DNA from: Phoronis australis
Taxonomy: Eukaryota; Animalia; Phoronida
Reading direction: 5' to 3'
DNA length: 64,000 nt
NCBI GenBank assembly: GCA_002633005.1
Contig: NMRA01000045.1
Span: 1,247,812-1,311,811 of the forward strand
The translations under genes and the position numbers were made by a program. The notes under the pieces were generated by a model. It did not search any database. It worked only from the letters and a program-made list of their open reading frames with translations, and had not been told where the DNA came from. This document shows, in pieces, positions 14,201 through 25,972 of this stretch (its first letter is position 1; each line of letters opens with the position of its first letter).

Positions 14201-17200
14201 GATGAAGTTAAAAAATCTACTTAATGGAAGTAATCTTCTTGAAGACCGAAGTTTTGGGTATAAGTGAACTCTTTACCCAACAATAAAACAATTTTTTTAA
14301 AAATTTTCTTATCAAAAAAGCCAAAATAGCATTGTTGCAGGAGAGATTGCCGACACTGGGGATTTGTTTTGTTTAAAATTTCATTATTAACTTTTGTCCA
14401 AAATGAATTTGCTATTTCACATTCCCAAAATAAGAGTATCAAAGTCTCTTTCTGTTTAATGTAAGTAACTTGTCATTCAGGTCCCACACAGAATTTGGGA
14501 AGTTTTGTTGTTGCACTAGCGTTCGTGTCATAGGGGTATTATTTACGTTCCAAGTGTACAATGATTGGAATCAATGATCTCACTTGAACTCCATCCGTCT
14601 TATGAGTGCCAAAGTAGCATAGAGACTGTTCTGTGAGTATCAAGTGTTGGTGATATCACATTTAAATTTTGCACACTCCGACTCGAATTGAGACATAATG
14701 CATGAACAGATATGCATCCTACATAATAATGTGCAACCATTTGTGAAAAAGACTTAAGCCCTGATGTCGTACAATCGTTGCTAGTAGAATGTAGATATCT
14801 GGTGCTGCAGTTGACCAAGGACGTGGTTTTGCAATTGAGATTGTGGTGTAGAACTGTACATAGTCCTTACAAAATAAAAGAACATATTTTTCGAGGGCCA
14901 ATTAAAATTATTTTATTGATGGAAATGTAAGTATGTGCATACAGTGTGTGTGTGTTTGCGTGCAATCAATAAGATACCAAACTGAATCGAAATGTTTGAA
15001 AAGTCAGAGCTCTCAGTCCTATTGCAAGTATTTGACAAATATTTTTACTCTTTCGTGGTACCTTCTGGATTATATATTTCTCCTGGTAATAGACTTGTAT
15101 TTATTCTAACTGGTACTTGGTTTACTCTGACAATCCTTAGACACATGAACAACTTGCTGTGAATAAATGGCCATCAAACCTTTACTCGACACTCTGTTCA
15201 AACACTGACAAATCACATGCCACACTTGGGTAAAATTTTCAATGTGATTGGTTAATTTTCGAGTCGAGTCCTCAGCAAAGTTCAATGTTGACAGACTCCT
15301 GTTAAGTGGTCCTGATTTTGTGTGTGCATGTTGCTCCTGATTTTCTGGTCGTTTGCTTTTCTGGTGAACTTGTGAAGTTTGTGAGAAAAGTTGGTGAAAA
15401 AGCAGGAAGGAGAAACGACGTCATGAATTGTTACGTATGTTGTGTCTTACAGAATGTCCAGTTTACGATGGAGGCTCAGCTTAGTCCACGTAGTGCTATT
15501 TCCATGGAAACCATCATTCAGCAGCTTGACAAACTTATCATTCAAGATAACCTACAGAACACAGATGTCTTTGATTGGATAGAGGTAGTTTGATCTCGCT
15601 AGCTTGCTCATGGCTAAGTATTTCATGTTACTTAAACAAAAATCAGCCATGCCTTGATATATGGAGTATGATGAACAAGATAGGGTCATCTAAATACAAT
15701 TGTTTTTCTTTTTGCACCTTGACATGCTCCTTTTCTAGTTCACTATATGTAAGTTGCATAAGTTACCTGAAAGCTTAAATTACCTGTAGTAAATTGGGAC
15801 AGTTACATTTGACGGTTGAAAAACAAACAATGTGCACGATGTCATATTTTATACATTCCAGTGTCTTCTGTTAATGAGCAAATCTATTAAATATGTATTT
15901 TATCAAGAATGCATCTTTACATTTATTAGGCCTACGTATCCCCATCACGAGCCAAAGACCCTCGATTCATCCGGGCACTAATGACGTCTGTTTGCTCAAG
16001 TGCAATTGTTGGTAAGCCTGCATGTCCTCAAATCTCTTGATTTAACCCTAGCCACTTGTTAACATGAAGCAGAGGACATATGGTATTCACTATCGTCCTG
16101 TGGGGACCAACTTGCTCATGCTGGGACAAATACTTGTGGTTTCAAGTTCAATGTTTTACTTTCGTCACATAATGATTAGCGGTCGATGTAACTACAACTA
16201 TGATTTTCTCGTAATTATAAGGTACCTGTTCATAATGACCAGGTAAAAATAGTGTACTGTTACACCCAGCAACCTCTAGGAGATGCTACAGGGTGATAAT
16301 AAATGTTAATCAAGTCTTATTTTAAGGCAAAGTTTATTATTTATTCAGTTGCTGTATTTGCAATCTAATGATGATTTATAATTCTCAGATAGAACTTCGT
16401 CTACTTTCGTATTGTACTGTTATTCTTATTAGGTGAAGGAACTCAAAGGAAAGCGGATCCCAAAGTAATCAATATGAGGTCCATTCTACTGCAGCGCTAC
16501 TTAGACCACCATGCTGAGCTAGAATTACAAGCCCTGTACGCACTACAGGCTCTTGTACACAAACTGCAACATCCTCCAGGTATAGTTCAGATGACAGAAA
16601 AAAAATTGAATCTAATACTGGAATTTGAAATAAAAACTTAACGGAGACTGACGCAACGTCGCTAACTCTAGTATTTCAAATTCTAGTATTAAATTCATTT
16701 TTTCTGTATTTTCTCAGCTGTATGTCTCAAAACTTTCATGCTTAGTTCAGATTCCAATGCCAAAAGTGAACTGATGGATGAATCTATGGGTTTTGGTCTT
16801 ATTCTGATTCTTTCCCGGTCTTATTGATAATGTCTAGGGCAGTAGCGGCTTCACTGCCATCTCCATTAAATTTTCGGAACTGCGAGTTGATCATTATTAA
16901 TTTATGGGTACAGTAGGCTTACTCACGTTTGACGTTGAATGCTAATGGCAGCAAGTAACAAGTTGTCCTATTTGACAAACAGCTACCATTTTGCTGACTG
17001 ACTACTCATGACTGAAGTACTGTTTTCTAGGCTGTATATGCATGTTTTACTCAACTCACAATCTTGTCTGTCTGTTCTAGGATTATTGCGAGTGTTATTT
17101 GACACACTATATGATGAGGACATTATATCAGAAGACGCTTTCAAACAGTGGGAAGATAGTAAAGACCCAAGTGAACAGGAAGGGAAAGGCACAGCGTCCA

Positions 17201-17274
17201 AATCTGTTGTCCAGTTCTTCACTTGGTTAAAAGAGGCCGACCCAGAGCCAGATGGTGGCGCTGCAACTAGTTGA
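2142..17274 (+). CDS. EIF4G: Eukaryotic translation initiation factor 4 gamma (eIF4G), 5'-truncated by the window edge; 20 exons, ~947 codons (gene-level span)
   Basis: Hand-spliced GT-AG exons with consistent phases. They encode the 4E-binding motif YDRDFLL, MIF4G ([29 protein letters not shown]), MA3 and W2 ([21 protein letters not shown]), ending at TGA 17272-17274. Confidence 0.96.
2516..2605 (+). CDS. EIF4G: eIF4G exon (DFTP motif)
   Basis: ttcag|CCA...CGG|gtaag; PILARNEAD...[12 protein letters not shown]. Confidence 0.9.
2877..3056 (+). CDS. EIF4G: eIF4G linker exon (Gly/Arg-rich, AENAWKP)
   Basis: tacag|GGA...GAG|gtat; phase 0-0. Confidence 0.92.
3522..3719 (+). CDS. EIF4G: eIF4G MIF4G exon
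   Basis: [18 protein letters not shown]...[12 protein letters not shown]; AG/GT borders. Confidence 0.95.
3740..5384. mobile_element. Non-autonomous DNA transposon in eIF4G intron
   Basis: Imperfect ~30 bp TIRs AGGGCTGTTCCAGCAAAA...GTATGGGAGG / CCTCCCATAC...TTTTGCTGGAGCAGCCCT, flanked by TA on both sides. Confidence 0.75.
5645..6170 (+). mobile_element. Copy of the interspersed repeat seen at 1-700
   Basis: Similarity, e.g. CCAAACCACTCTAAG...GTTCCTACTGTGAAGAGAA...GTGGCACCTGCTAGTGGCA. Confidence 0.55.
6245..6391 (+). CDS. EIF4G: eIF4G MIF4G exon
   Basis: VKVPAKD...[16 protein letters not shown]; atag|...|gtgagt. Confidence 0.92.
6997..7076 (+). CDS. EIF4G: eIF4G MIF4G exon
   Basis: [14 protein letters not shown]...KRRSLGNIR; phase 0-2. 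Confidence 0.92.
7323..7479 (+). CDS. EIF4G: eIF4G MIF4G exon
   Basis: [19 protein letters not shown]...[16 protein letters not shown]. Confidence 0.95.
8161..8265 (+). CDS. EIF4G: eIF4G MIF4G exon
   Basis: [10 protein letters not shown]...[14 protein letters not shown]. Confidence 0.93.
8480..8624 (+). CDS. EIF4G: eIF4G exon
   Basis: [22 protein letters not shown]; phase 0-1. Confidence 0.92.
8853..8932 (+). CDS. EIF4G: eIF4G exon
   Basis: RDETGWSTV...[11 protein letters not shown]; phase 1-0. Confidence 0.88.
9105..10007. other. Assembly gap (N run)
   Basis: Run of N. Flanking exons are phase 0-0 and read continuously. Confidence 0.99.
11223..11356 (+). CDS. EIF4G: eIF4G exon
   Basis: [13 protein letters not shown]...WGRGSSGG; phase 0-2. 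Confidence 0.9.
11696..11881 (+). CDS. EIF4G: eIF4G exon (RG/RS-rich linker)
   Basis: (R)[15 protein letters not shown]...AAINAAR; phase 2-2. Confidence 0.88.
12164..12335 (+). CDS. EIF4G: eIF4G exon, start of MA3
   Basis: [11 protein letters not shown]...[16 protein letters not shown]. Confidence 0.92.
12831..13003 (+). CDS. EIF4G: eIF4G MA3 exon
   Basis: EAVLCVKEL...[16 protein letters not shown]. Confidence 0.92.
13292..13499 (+). CDS. EIF4G: eIF4G MA3 exon
   Basis: [24 protein letters not shown]. Confidence 0.93.
13891..13989 (+). CDS. EIF4G: eIF4G exon
   Basis: [21 protein letters not shown]; phase 0-0. Confidence 0.9.
14001..14457 (-). mobile_element. 5'-truncated L1/Tx1-like LINE fragment
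   Basis: Degenerate LFWEC..FW C-terminal ORF2-like motif on - strand, short A tail, 14-bp TSD AATGTAAGTAACTT (13987-14000 and 14458-14471). Confidence 0.7.
15453..15584 (+). CDS. EIF4G: eIF4G exon, start of W2/HEAT3
   Basis: NVQFTME...NTDVFDWIE; phase 0-0. Confidence 0.9.
15930..16011 (+). CDS. EIF4G: eIF4G W2 exon
   Basis: [22 protein letters not shown]; phase 0-1. Confidence 0.9.
16433..16579 (+). CDS. EIF4G: eIF4G W2 exon
   Basis: [31 protein letters not shown]; phase 1-1. Confidence 0.93.
16594..16707. repeat. Short foldback / MITE-like inverted repeat just after an exon
   Basis: ACAGAAAAAAAATTGAATCTAATACTGGAATTTGAAATA versus TATTTCAAATTCTAGTATTAAATTCATTTTTTCTGT. Confidence 0.6.
17081..17274 (+). 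CDS. EIF4G: eIF4G terminal coding exon (W2 acidic/aromatic boxes)
   Basis: [24 protein letters not shown]...FFTWLKEAD...TGA. Confidence 0.95.
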
Positions 17275-17811
17275 CATCGGCAATGTGACATAAAAAACAT
17301 GTGACATCACAAGTGAAGCTTCGTACAACTCGATGGTCTTTTACAGCAAGATGCAGAGAACGAGATTTAAAGTAGTTGCAGTTTTCGAAACCATTCAGCC
17401 TAGAGTGCCCCCAGATGACATACATCAAAATTTGTTGTTGTTTTTGATAAAACAATGTTTCCAACACCCACTGAATGACTCGCTGGTGCTAATTTATGGG
17501 CACTCTGTCCTGTTCTCCCTGCAGTGATTTAAAGCTGCTCTCTTTTACAGTTACCTTGTAATGGTAGAGTCATCATCAGGTTACAGTTGTTGAATATAAA
17601 CATGGCCACCAATAAGGGAGCATATGAAATATATTCATAACTATTGTGATATGCTCGGCTTGTTATTATATTGTCCCCCTTTGTTATTTAGCTTAGTAAT
17701 TTAATAATGATTTATATCAAGTGGCCTACTGCAACTACAAGTAATGTCTGTTTTTCATCAGACAAAACTACTGGCGCTCTCTGGTGTGTATGTTAATGTG
17801 AAGGGTTTGTA

Positions 17812-17817
17812 AATAAA
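17812..17817 (+). terminator. Candidate polyadenylation signal of eIF4G
   Basis: AATAAA ~540 nt after the stop, followed by a GT/T-rich tract. Confidence 0.6.
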
Positions 17818-19539
17818 GTGGATATACTATTATCTGTTTGTCTTTTTGTTTCTTAATGTTTTTGTTGTGGAAACGTGAATTTGAGCCTCTTGTGGTGTGA
17901 GGTAGTCAACCACAATGTGGTCGCATATTGCTGTCATCCTGTCCGGGTTTCTGCTCTGGGTGTCCAAAAACCCCTGATAGGATCTGGATAGAATGTTTAA
18001 ATTGTTTTGAGGCATCACTGGAGCGGCTCGTGCATGCCATTGTTTTAAGAGAGGAGTGTTTCGGAATGATGTAAAGTACCATTCGACGGATTTCAAGAAA
18101 CGGGATACATTGCAAGCACTAATGCTGTTTTGATCACGACAAGAACCAGTTGTGGGATTTCAATGAAAGTTGACTCATGTATGCGACAGTAGTGCGCTGG
18201 TATCTGTCGATTTGCGAGTAAATTCAACGCCTGCAGCACCCCCCACCCACTCTTTCCCAGTGTCCATGTTGCCCAGTTGTCTACTCTATATCTCGAGAAT
18301 CCCAGGTAGAATCTCGGTGCAATTATGCGCCGTCTTTTCACTGTGCCTTTCCCTCGGGATCAGGGGAGCAAATCTGCTTGTGAGTGTGCCTTTCTGGATA
18401 AGGAGCCGGCCAACCCGCGATCGAGAACGCCCGGAAGGTGATCGCCAAACGAAATTTGGCGCGAGAAGCGAAACCAGGCAAGGCGAGTAAATTTGACGAA
18501 TTTTCTTTGTTTTTACTTCCAATGTGAAAACAAACGTGAGTTCTAGGCGTAACATTGAGGAAGGGCAGGTAGAGGTTTAGGCTAGTGTCTTCCAATAACT
18601 GCAGAAAAGTTTCGCATGAGCCGAAAGTGATTTGTATGTCATTTTGGCAAATTGCGGTAATTTTTGGCACTAAATCAATAAATTGACAATGAAGTTATGA
18701 GGGAATGACGAGTGGAAATATAACGCAACGCTTGTTTTTTGTAGTTTTGTCAGGATCTCTGAATTTTCGACACTTTTTTGTTGAAAGATGCGATCGAGAA
18801 CGCAAATGTAAGCTATCGGGAACGCAAATTAGTGTTTGTTTATGCGATCGGGAACGCATCGTGGTGTGTCTAACAATAATGAACTTTTCCATGCGCGCAC
18901 CCAGCCTTCGAACCCCCACCCCCGGGTGCACGCATGTTTTCACTTATAAAACGTGAAAAAGGTTACAAAATAACTGTGGTGCAATGAATTAATAACGTCT
19001 TGCGTCATTACTGTGTTACTTTCGTACCAAAACTAAACAATGGCAGTAAATCGCCATGAGCACTACATGTACATCAAGCATCCTATTTTAGTTATAAATA
19101 TTTTCACATTAATGAATTTATTTTCATTTCAGGAAACTAGTTCACTGTTATTGTTAGGGAAGCTTTAACGAGCATGTTACCCACGACGTGAAGGGTTTTG
19201 AAATACAGCCACTTTTAGACAAACCTGTGGGAACAAGGGGTTGTAAACTGAAGACTCACCCAGGAGTTGTTCCATGTAGCGTGTCAGTCAGGGGTAAACA
19301 AATTGTTGCAGCAGATGAAAGCGAGTGCTGAATCTTCTTGCAAAATTGTGACAGCAAAAGGAAAGAAAAACAAATAGCCAATGAGGTCAAAGAATGATAA
19401 TGAGCTTGCCCATGGGGAGTGCGGCAAGACCATTCACGACATGATTCAAAGACTCCCGCTCATGAAAGTCTGGGATTTAAACAATTATCAAATGTGTAAA
19501 CTTATGTGCTCAGTGATAATAACAGGTGGGATTTTAGTT

Positions 19540-20250
19540 TATTTATTTATTTGTATTTGTATTTGTATTGAAGGCCTCTGGCCCAAAGTACAATAAACAA
19601 AACAATTAATCAGGCACATTTGCACAAGCAGTCAACCCATTTAAGAGTTGTTCTCGTCTTTTAAGGGCAAAATACACATATTTAACAGCAGATATATCTG
19701 GATTAGCGAGCAGGCGTATACAGGATTCTTGAGTTGGATGCCTCCATTGAACTTCCTTCATAAAACGTGACCTAAGTTCACAATATCCCTTGCAAACCAA
19801 CAGGAAATGGTATTCATCCTCTACAAGACCATCATTGCACGCCATACATAATCTATTGTAATATTCCACTTTCTCGTGTCTACCCACTTCCACTTGTAAT
19901 CTGTGGTTGGAGCAACGTAAACGAGTAAACGCTTGAATAAGACTATTGTGTAGCGGTAACTTAAGATATGGTTCAAAACAGTACAGAGTCTTAAAGTTAG
20001 AGTAGAATTTAAGTTTTGCATTATGCTCAATTTCTGATCGCCAACCTTGCTCATAACAGTCATTAACTCTTTGCGCGAAGAAACTTAAAAACGATACTTC
20101 GCACGTGACACCTTGATTCAACCAAATTTGGTGGGATTTTACTTGATGATCGATACAGAGATGAACAGACTGACTTGTGGCACCCCTGTGGCTTGAAAAT
20201 ACGTTGTGTTTGACTCTTCTGTTTTGTAGTCTTGATCCTAAGCTCACTGT
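19540..20250 (-). mobile_element. 3' fragment of a non-LTR retrotransposon nested in the DNA transposon
   Basis: ORF 19606-20247 with FTRLRCSNHRLQVEVGRH...CMAC..VEDEYHFLLVC (LINE ORF2 C-terminal CCHC) and a (CAAATA)n/(AAAT)n tail. Confidence 0.8.
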
Positions 20251-20650
20251 CCATCTTCAGTTCATGATCTTCAGCTAATGTGACATTGAAAAAGATTGAG
20301 AGTTATAATACACATATTATATTGTGATTTTCTCAAAACGTAGTCAACGTGTTGTCTTTAACCGTGACGTCACTTCAACTCGGCACTGAAGTGATTTACT
20401 GACACAGGAAATCAACAACATTATAGCATTTCTATTACAATTTTAAACTTTTATCACACATACCTCAAAATTGGTCTTACAAAAATATATAAAATATTGC
20501 TTTAGGAAAATGAACATTACAAATCCTTTGAACATTTCCTACGAATTACTTTTGGTATGTATTAGACTAAACCATCACTGAAGCATATAGACAATGTATT
20601 TCTTTAAAAATACTAATTGGTCAAAGTATTGCCCAACGGCCATTTAAATC

Positions 20651-20796
20651 CAGTGCTGTAGTGGGACGTAGGCGCAGCCAACCACCTTTTGGCATTTGAA
20701 CGTAGCGCCTACGCGCGGTAAGTTATGTTCAGTGCTCAAGGTGATAGGGTGGGCTTTGGGCGCCTACTTACCTCTAATTTTGCCACTACAGCACTG
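20651..20796. mobile_element. hAT-like MITE
   Basis: 14-bp TIR CAGTGCTGTAGTGG/CCACTACAGCACTG; 8-bp TSD TTTAAATC/ATTAAATC (1 mismatch). Confidence 0.7.
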
Positions 20797-22839
20797 ATTA
20801 AATCTACCTAAACACTACAAAAATGCACTGGTTCTGTTAAAGATCCTGTTGAAATAACACAAATATAGAAACAAACTTGGGGAAAAAAGGTTCAAAACAA
20901 AACGTCAAAATACTATCACATCAGACAACTACCCGAACCATTAACTCTGTAAATCTGAATAAACTACAGAGACTTAACAACCTTCACCTCTGGACTTAAT
21001 GATTTCATTCATGACGTTTCTGCTTCTTATGCCTGTAGAAGTAGCTTTGAGGCATGTCATGCCACATTCACCACAAAAAGAAGTGTCCTCGTGCTGTGAC
21101 GCAATGTGTCCCGTCAGGCTCACTCTTTCTGTGACACATTGGTCACAGATAGGGCACTGAATCGACTTGGTTCCTGAGCATGATGCAACATGCTGTATTT
21201 TCCTATATGGGTAAAAACATTGACGCATGCAACGGTCAATCACTGGGCTGGTAAAGGTCTTGCTTGTTGTAGTGTCACTGTGTTTTATTGCCATGTGGTC
21301 ATACTAAGTCGATGTCTTAGTTCCTGAACCTAGCTCCACAACATCCACAAACACTTCTTTGTGGCACGCAGCATCTGTACTACTCTTTTTTCGGAAGGCG
21401 TGTACTTAAACACCCTGAAGGACTAGTCGTGTGGCTACAGTTCAACTGAAAAATATCAAACGCATTCAGTTATGTTTGTTAGGCTAAATCTCACAAAGAA
21501 ATCGTGAAAAAAACAACAAAACATATAATTAATAATCAACCCATCAACTAATTTAGGGTCCGCATGATTCTAAAATTAATGACATATTACAATAACTTGA
21601 ACTATTCAGGCCAATGCAGAGAAAAAATGTGCGTTCACGATCGCTTTTTGCCGCGTTCACGATTGCAATAGAGAATTAACGATTTCGTTCCCGATCGCCG
21701 TCTCGCACACAAGGACCTGCCTGTATTGGCAAATATCTTTAATTGTTTCACAAATCATAACTAACAAAGGTGTCACCAGGGACGATTAAACTATAAACGT
21801 CACACGTCTCTACTTAAGAACCCTGGAATTGCTAACAACATACATGTAGAAATAGTCGATTTCTGAGAGGCGCAAGGCATTTTACCGAAAGCCGTTGCTT
21901 TATAAGCTCTTTATTTTAAAAAATCAGCAAAAGCCAAGTATTATTTCAGATCCACAACAAAGGCTACACTCTGACGCTTTTCTGTGTGTCACATTCGTAG
22001 CTAATTAGCCTCTATTTAAGAAGAAAACGACGCTTAAATTCACCGGGTACGTCACTGTCGTCTGCCATTTTTGGTGCCGGCAAGGTCTCGTTCTCGATCG
22101 CGGGTTGGCCGGTGTGATGATTCGTATCTATCAGGTTATGAGTTGATTCCAAACAACAGAAGGTATCAGAGAGGAGTCCCTGATAAAATGCACTGTCTCA
22201 GATTTTCCAAACTACGTATAAGTTTTTAAGGACACTCAGACTTAGGAGATCTGCAAAATCTGCCGCCCATCAGAGTTATCTTGGGAGTTCTTTCATAAAA
22301 ATTATTCAAACTTAATACAACAGCGAGAAAATGAGGAGCAATTGAAATAAATATCTGTTCTAGAAGTTAGAGACAAATTAATATGAGACAGTTTACAGGA
22401 ATAGATGGCATTCCGAGTAACATTATATTAATTCACGCCTGATTCAAGATTTTGTAGTGTAGCCTAGACGTGCCCCCGCCTCTCAGCCCCCGCTTTCTAT
22501 ACGACCCTGTTCAACCGCCCTCACGCAGATTTTGTACACTACATCAAAAGTACGTAGGCCTACATTTCTTCTATTAAGTGTCCGTTCCCATCTCGCTCAA
22601 ACAGACGCCCGAAAACTTGCCGTTTTCAGTAGACCTAGAACATCTCGGTTTCATAGAACCGATCGATAATGTGGATGCTGTATAACGACAACGTCGTATT
22701 GTTTGCAGTGAACCAATGAGATGCTGCTTTTGATAATGTCACGAAGATGTCTACCTGTGTGTCTGTGATGATACCTTTCAGTGCCGAGGCATCATGGATA
22801 ATGTACATTTACACTATCACCGCATAAGGGCGCTGCAAC

Positions 22840-23030
22840 CAGTCACCGACAGGTGGCGCTATATGATGTTTTCTCGGAAATTCCCATGGTTGGAAATCTC
22901 AGGGAGTGTGCCAGCTGCAAGATTATAAAAGTTTTTAGCAAGTTTAACCGTTTTTCCACTAGCTAGCTAGTTCGTAGATACACCAACAAAGCCTGGAGCC
23001 CATTACTCATCTGCATGTTGAATTCTGACA
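22840..23030 (+). promoter_or_regulatory. Candidate regulatory block upstream of TRIM locus 1, with a consensus NF-kB site
   Basis: GGAAATTCCC at 22876-22885 (GGGAATTTCC on - strand); the block is duplicated at ~43815-44010. Confidence 0.35.
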
Positions 23031-25124
23031 CAAGTGGAAAGCACATTGGATACTTGGTGCAGACAGGATAAAGTTGCTAGCTACAAGTAGTACAAGTAGT
23101 ATTATAAATTTACTATTTTAAGTAAATTTTCAACATACTCACCTCGTGTAAAAGTTGGTTTACCGACTAAGCCCAACTAGGTATCTCTACCATTCTTAAA
23201 ATTTATGCATGGTTCCAATGTGAAAACTATGCTTAACCCAATTTCTTCTTCTTAAAGTACTAAACATCATATACAGTGACCACCTTAGTCCGGATACCTA
23301 TCGTCGTCAGGCTCCAATGGTCGTCCGCCATCTTCTTTCGCGTGCAGCGCAGCCACGCGGGACTTAGCGTTCCAATCTAGAGTGGTCGTCTGCAGGCCTT
23401 AGGTACTAACCTCTCTGAACACGCATCGAACTGAGACGAAAATCGGTACCGTACTTTACCGAATGTTTTTTGAAACCACTTCAAAATTTGTAGATTTTAC
23501 TAATGCACTTTTTTGTTCATTTTCAGAAGATATTTTCGAAATTAAATTTTCTTCAGACGGAACAAAAAACAATACTGGGATTGTTTATGCAATGTATCTA
23601 TTTGTCCCAGCCACTAACAGACACCTGTTAGGCCAAAGGAAAAACGCAACTGACTAATGCAACACGCTGTGTGCTTAACAGTTTCGGCCCACGCCTTGAT
23701 CATCAAAATATTGTCCACTTGTTTTTTATTGCAAAACACAGACCTGAGCTCAACATTTATGTTGAAATGTTTGGTTAAGGCATTTTGGATTTATTTGAAG
23801 AAAACTAAAATACTTGAATTGATAGAGAATGGCCACCAATAAAGTAAAGCATTAACTTTATTTCATTATGTTGCATTGTTACATACAACACAGCATGACA
23901 TAATTAAAAATAAAAGAAGAGATGGAGCAATAAAATGCAAATGCAACTTGGGTATTCATTTATTTATTTATGATTGCCTGTTAAAGGTGAGAAAAAATCA
24001 AACAGTAGGATATTGGGTAATTTATTAGAACAACTGTATTGAGGTTCAATGATCAACTTCCGCGGACCAAGTATCAAAGGGTTGCAGTTCTGTTTTGGCT
24101 GACAAGGTGTTAACACAGAATGAAGAAAAACTGAAAAGAAAAAGAAAGACGACAGAGATAAGTGGTGTTAAGAAGAACAAGAGCAAAAAGTCATATAAAG
24201 AGGACACAAATAGAAGATCTATCTGGAATAAAACAATAGCGATTCATTTTCCAGAACTGAAATTCTGAACCAATTTTAATCGATTTAAAAATCGATAAAA
24301 TATCAGTAAAACAGTTTGTGGTTGAACTAGAATTGTTGTAAACCACTTTCCACTATTTTCTTGGCCTTTTTCTGTGTGGTTTTCTGTTCTTTCAAAAGAC
24401 TGCAAAATATGACGACTTTAGGGCTCATTATAAAATGGCTGACGAAAAGCAGTGCACTGTTGGAACAACTCGGCATAAGTAAAAGAAAACGTTTGAATAA
24501 AAGAGTACTATATATTTGTGAAAGTTAAATCAAATGCTATTCACAGCATAACTTTGAAGTGGAATAATTTGGTGAGTACGACAACAAGCCGGTTTTATGC
24601 TTAGGCGAACGACCTTTGGGTTCCCGAGTATATAGTTGTACAGTTCAGACGTTGTAGCTTCATACGCCGGAAGCTTTTAGGCAAATTATGCCTCACACTT
24701 TGCACGGCAGGTGGTAGGATATCATATCCCCTGATGTGCGCAGTGTAAAAATGGCCAGTTACCGATTTTAGGAACTAATATAGAAGCTTCATACGCTGGA
24801 AGCTTTTCCGCGAATTATGCCTCACATCGACTGAAACATCAGTCACGTAATCAATACCTTATGCGCAAAGGGGGACACCTTAGGAGGCCGTCGGAGCTCA
24901 CTATCTATAAACATTGCATGTAAGTTTAAGACATCCAGTGGTGGACATCACTCCTTAGACAAATTGTTGTTATTTAGAAATTAAAATTAAGTAGTGTATT
25001 TACAGACATATTAAAAATGCATACTGCAGGTTAAAATCAGTCAAGTACACTGAGTTTATGTCTGAGAATGTTCAGAGCTACTGATCCTACTGTGGAAATT
25101 AAAGCAGCATCAGAGGGAGTAGAC

Positions 25125-25972
25125 AATACCACCGTCTTAACTGGCAGTAGAGACTGTGGCCATCCCATAGGCCCTCGACACGCTGGAAACTTTTCGACGA
25201 ATTATGCCTCACACTGATTAAACCATAGAAGTCGTGTTGCTATAAGTACCTCTTGTGCACATAGGGGACATGGGTCACAAGGCCGTTGTTGCTTTTAACT
25301 CTTCCCAGCTTGATAAAGTACTCCCAAAATCAGTTTTTTTGAACAGTCTTTCCGCCCAAATGAGCAACTGGCTCACGCCAGGGAATATGACGTCATATCC
25401 GCTAGCGCGAGCAGTGTAAAAATAGTCAGTTGCTACTTTGGGCAACTGAACAAAGGACTGCTCGAAAAAAAAGCTTGATTACGAGAGTATTTTCAGTGCC
25501 AAGTTTTGCTCGTTACCTTCGGGAACAATGGTGGCTGTCCGCTGTTAAGTTTTAAATTCGGGGTTTCACAGACGCGACTAAGTTGTTTTTGCATTCGCCT
25601 AAAGGAAAGACATTTCGGCAACTTCAAATAAAAAATTGTCCAACTGTGAGAGGACTTCCATTAATTTGAAGTGTGAATATCACACAATTAGCGCAATGTG
25701 TTCTGCTGAGTAAACTGCTTTGTGGAAAACTTGACACCAGAAATTTCAAAGCAGCTCTTTTGGCGGAGAAAACTTGGCTATGTGTTCGATTTGGAATGTA
25801 TTAAACATTCAATGGCCTCTTAAGGTGTCCTTCTATGTGCAAAAGTTTCTTATGGCATCATGACTTTTTATAATTATGGTTAAATCAGTGTGAGGCACAA
25901 CTCGCCAAAAAGTTTCCGGCGTATGGTGAACCTAAGGGATGGTCTCTACTGCCAGTTGAGATGGTAGTATTC
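25125..25972. repeat. Large imperfect inverted repeat with extra direct copies of the arm motif
   Basis: 25125-25270 is reverse-complementary to 25823-25972; the motif CATACGCYGGAAGCTTTT...AATTATGCCTCACA also occurs at 24661 and 24790. Confidence 0.65.

Larger units (their letters stand above)
18406..22112. mobile_element. ~3.7 kb DNA transposon with perfect 24-bp TIRs and a degenerate zinc-finger ORF
   Basis: CCGGCCAACCCGCGATCGAGAACG (18406-18429) and its reverse complement (22089-22112); internal GCGATCGrGAACG repeats; C2H2-like CPICD...H...H remnant at 20974-21294(-). Confidence 0.8.

Noticed and set aside
19606-20247. 213-aa ORF as a host gene
   Set aside because: LINE ORF2 C-terminal signature with a tandem-repeat tail.
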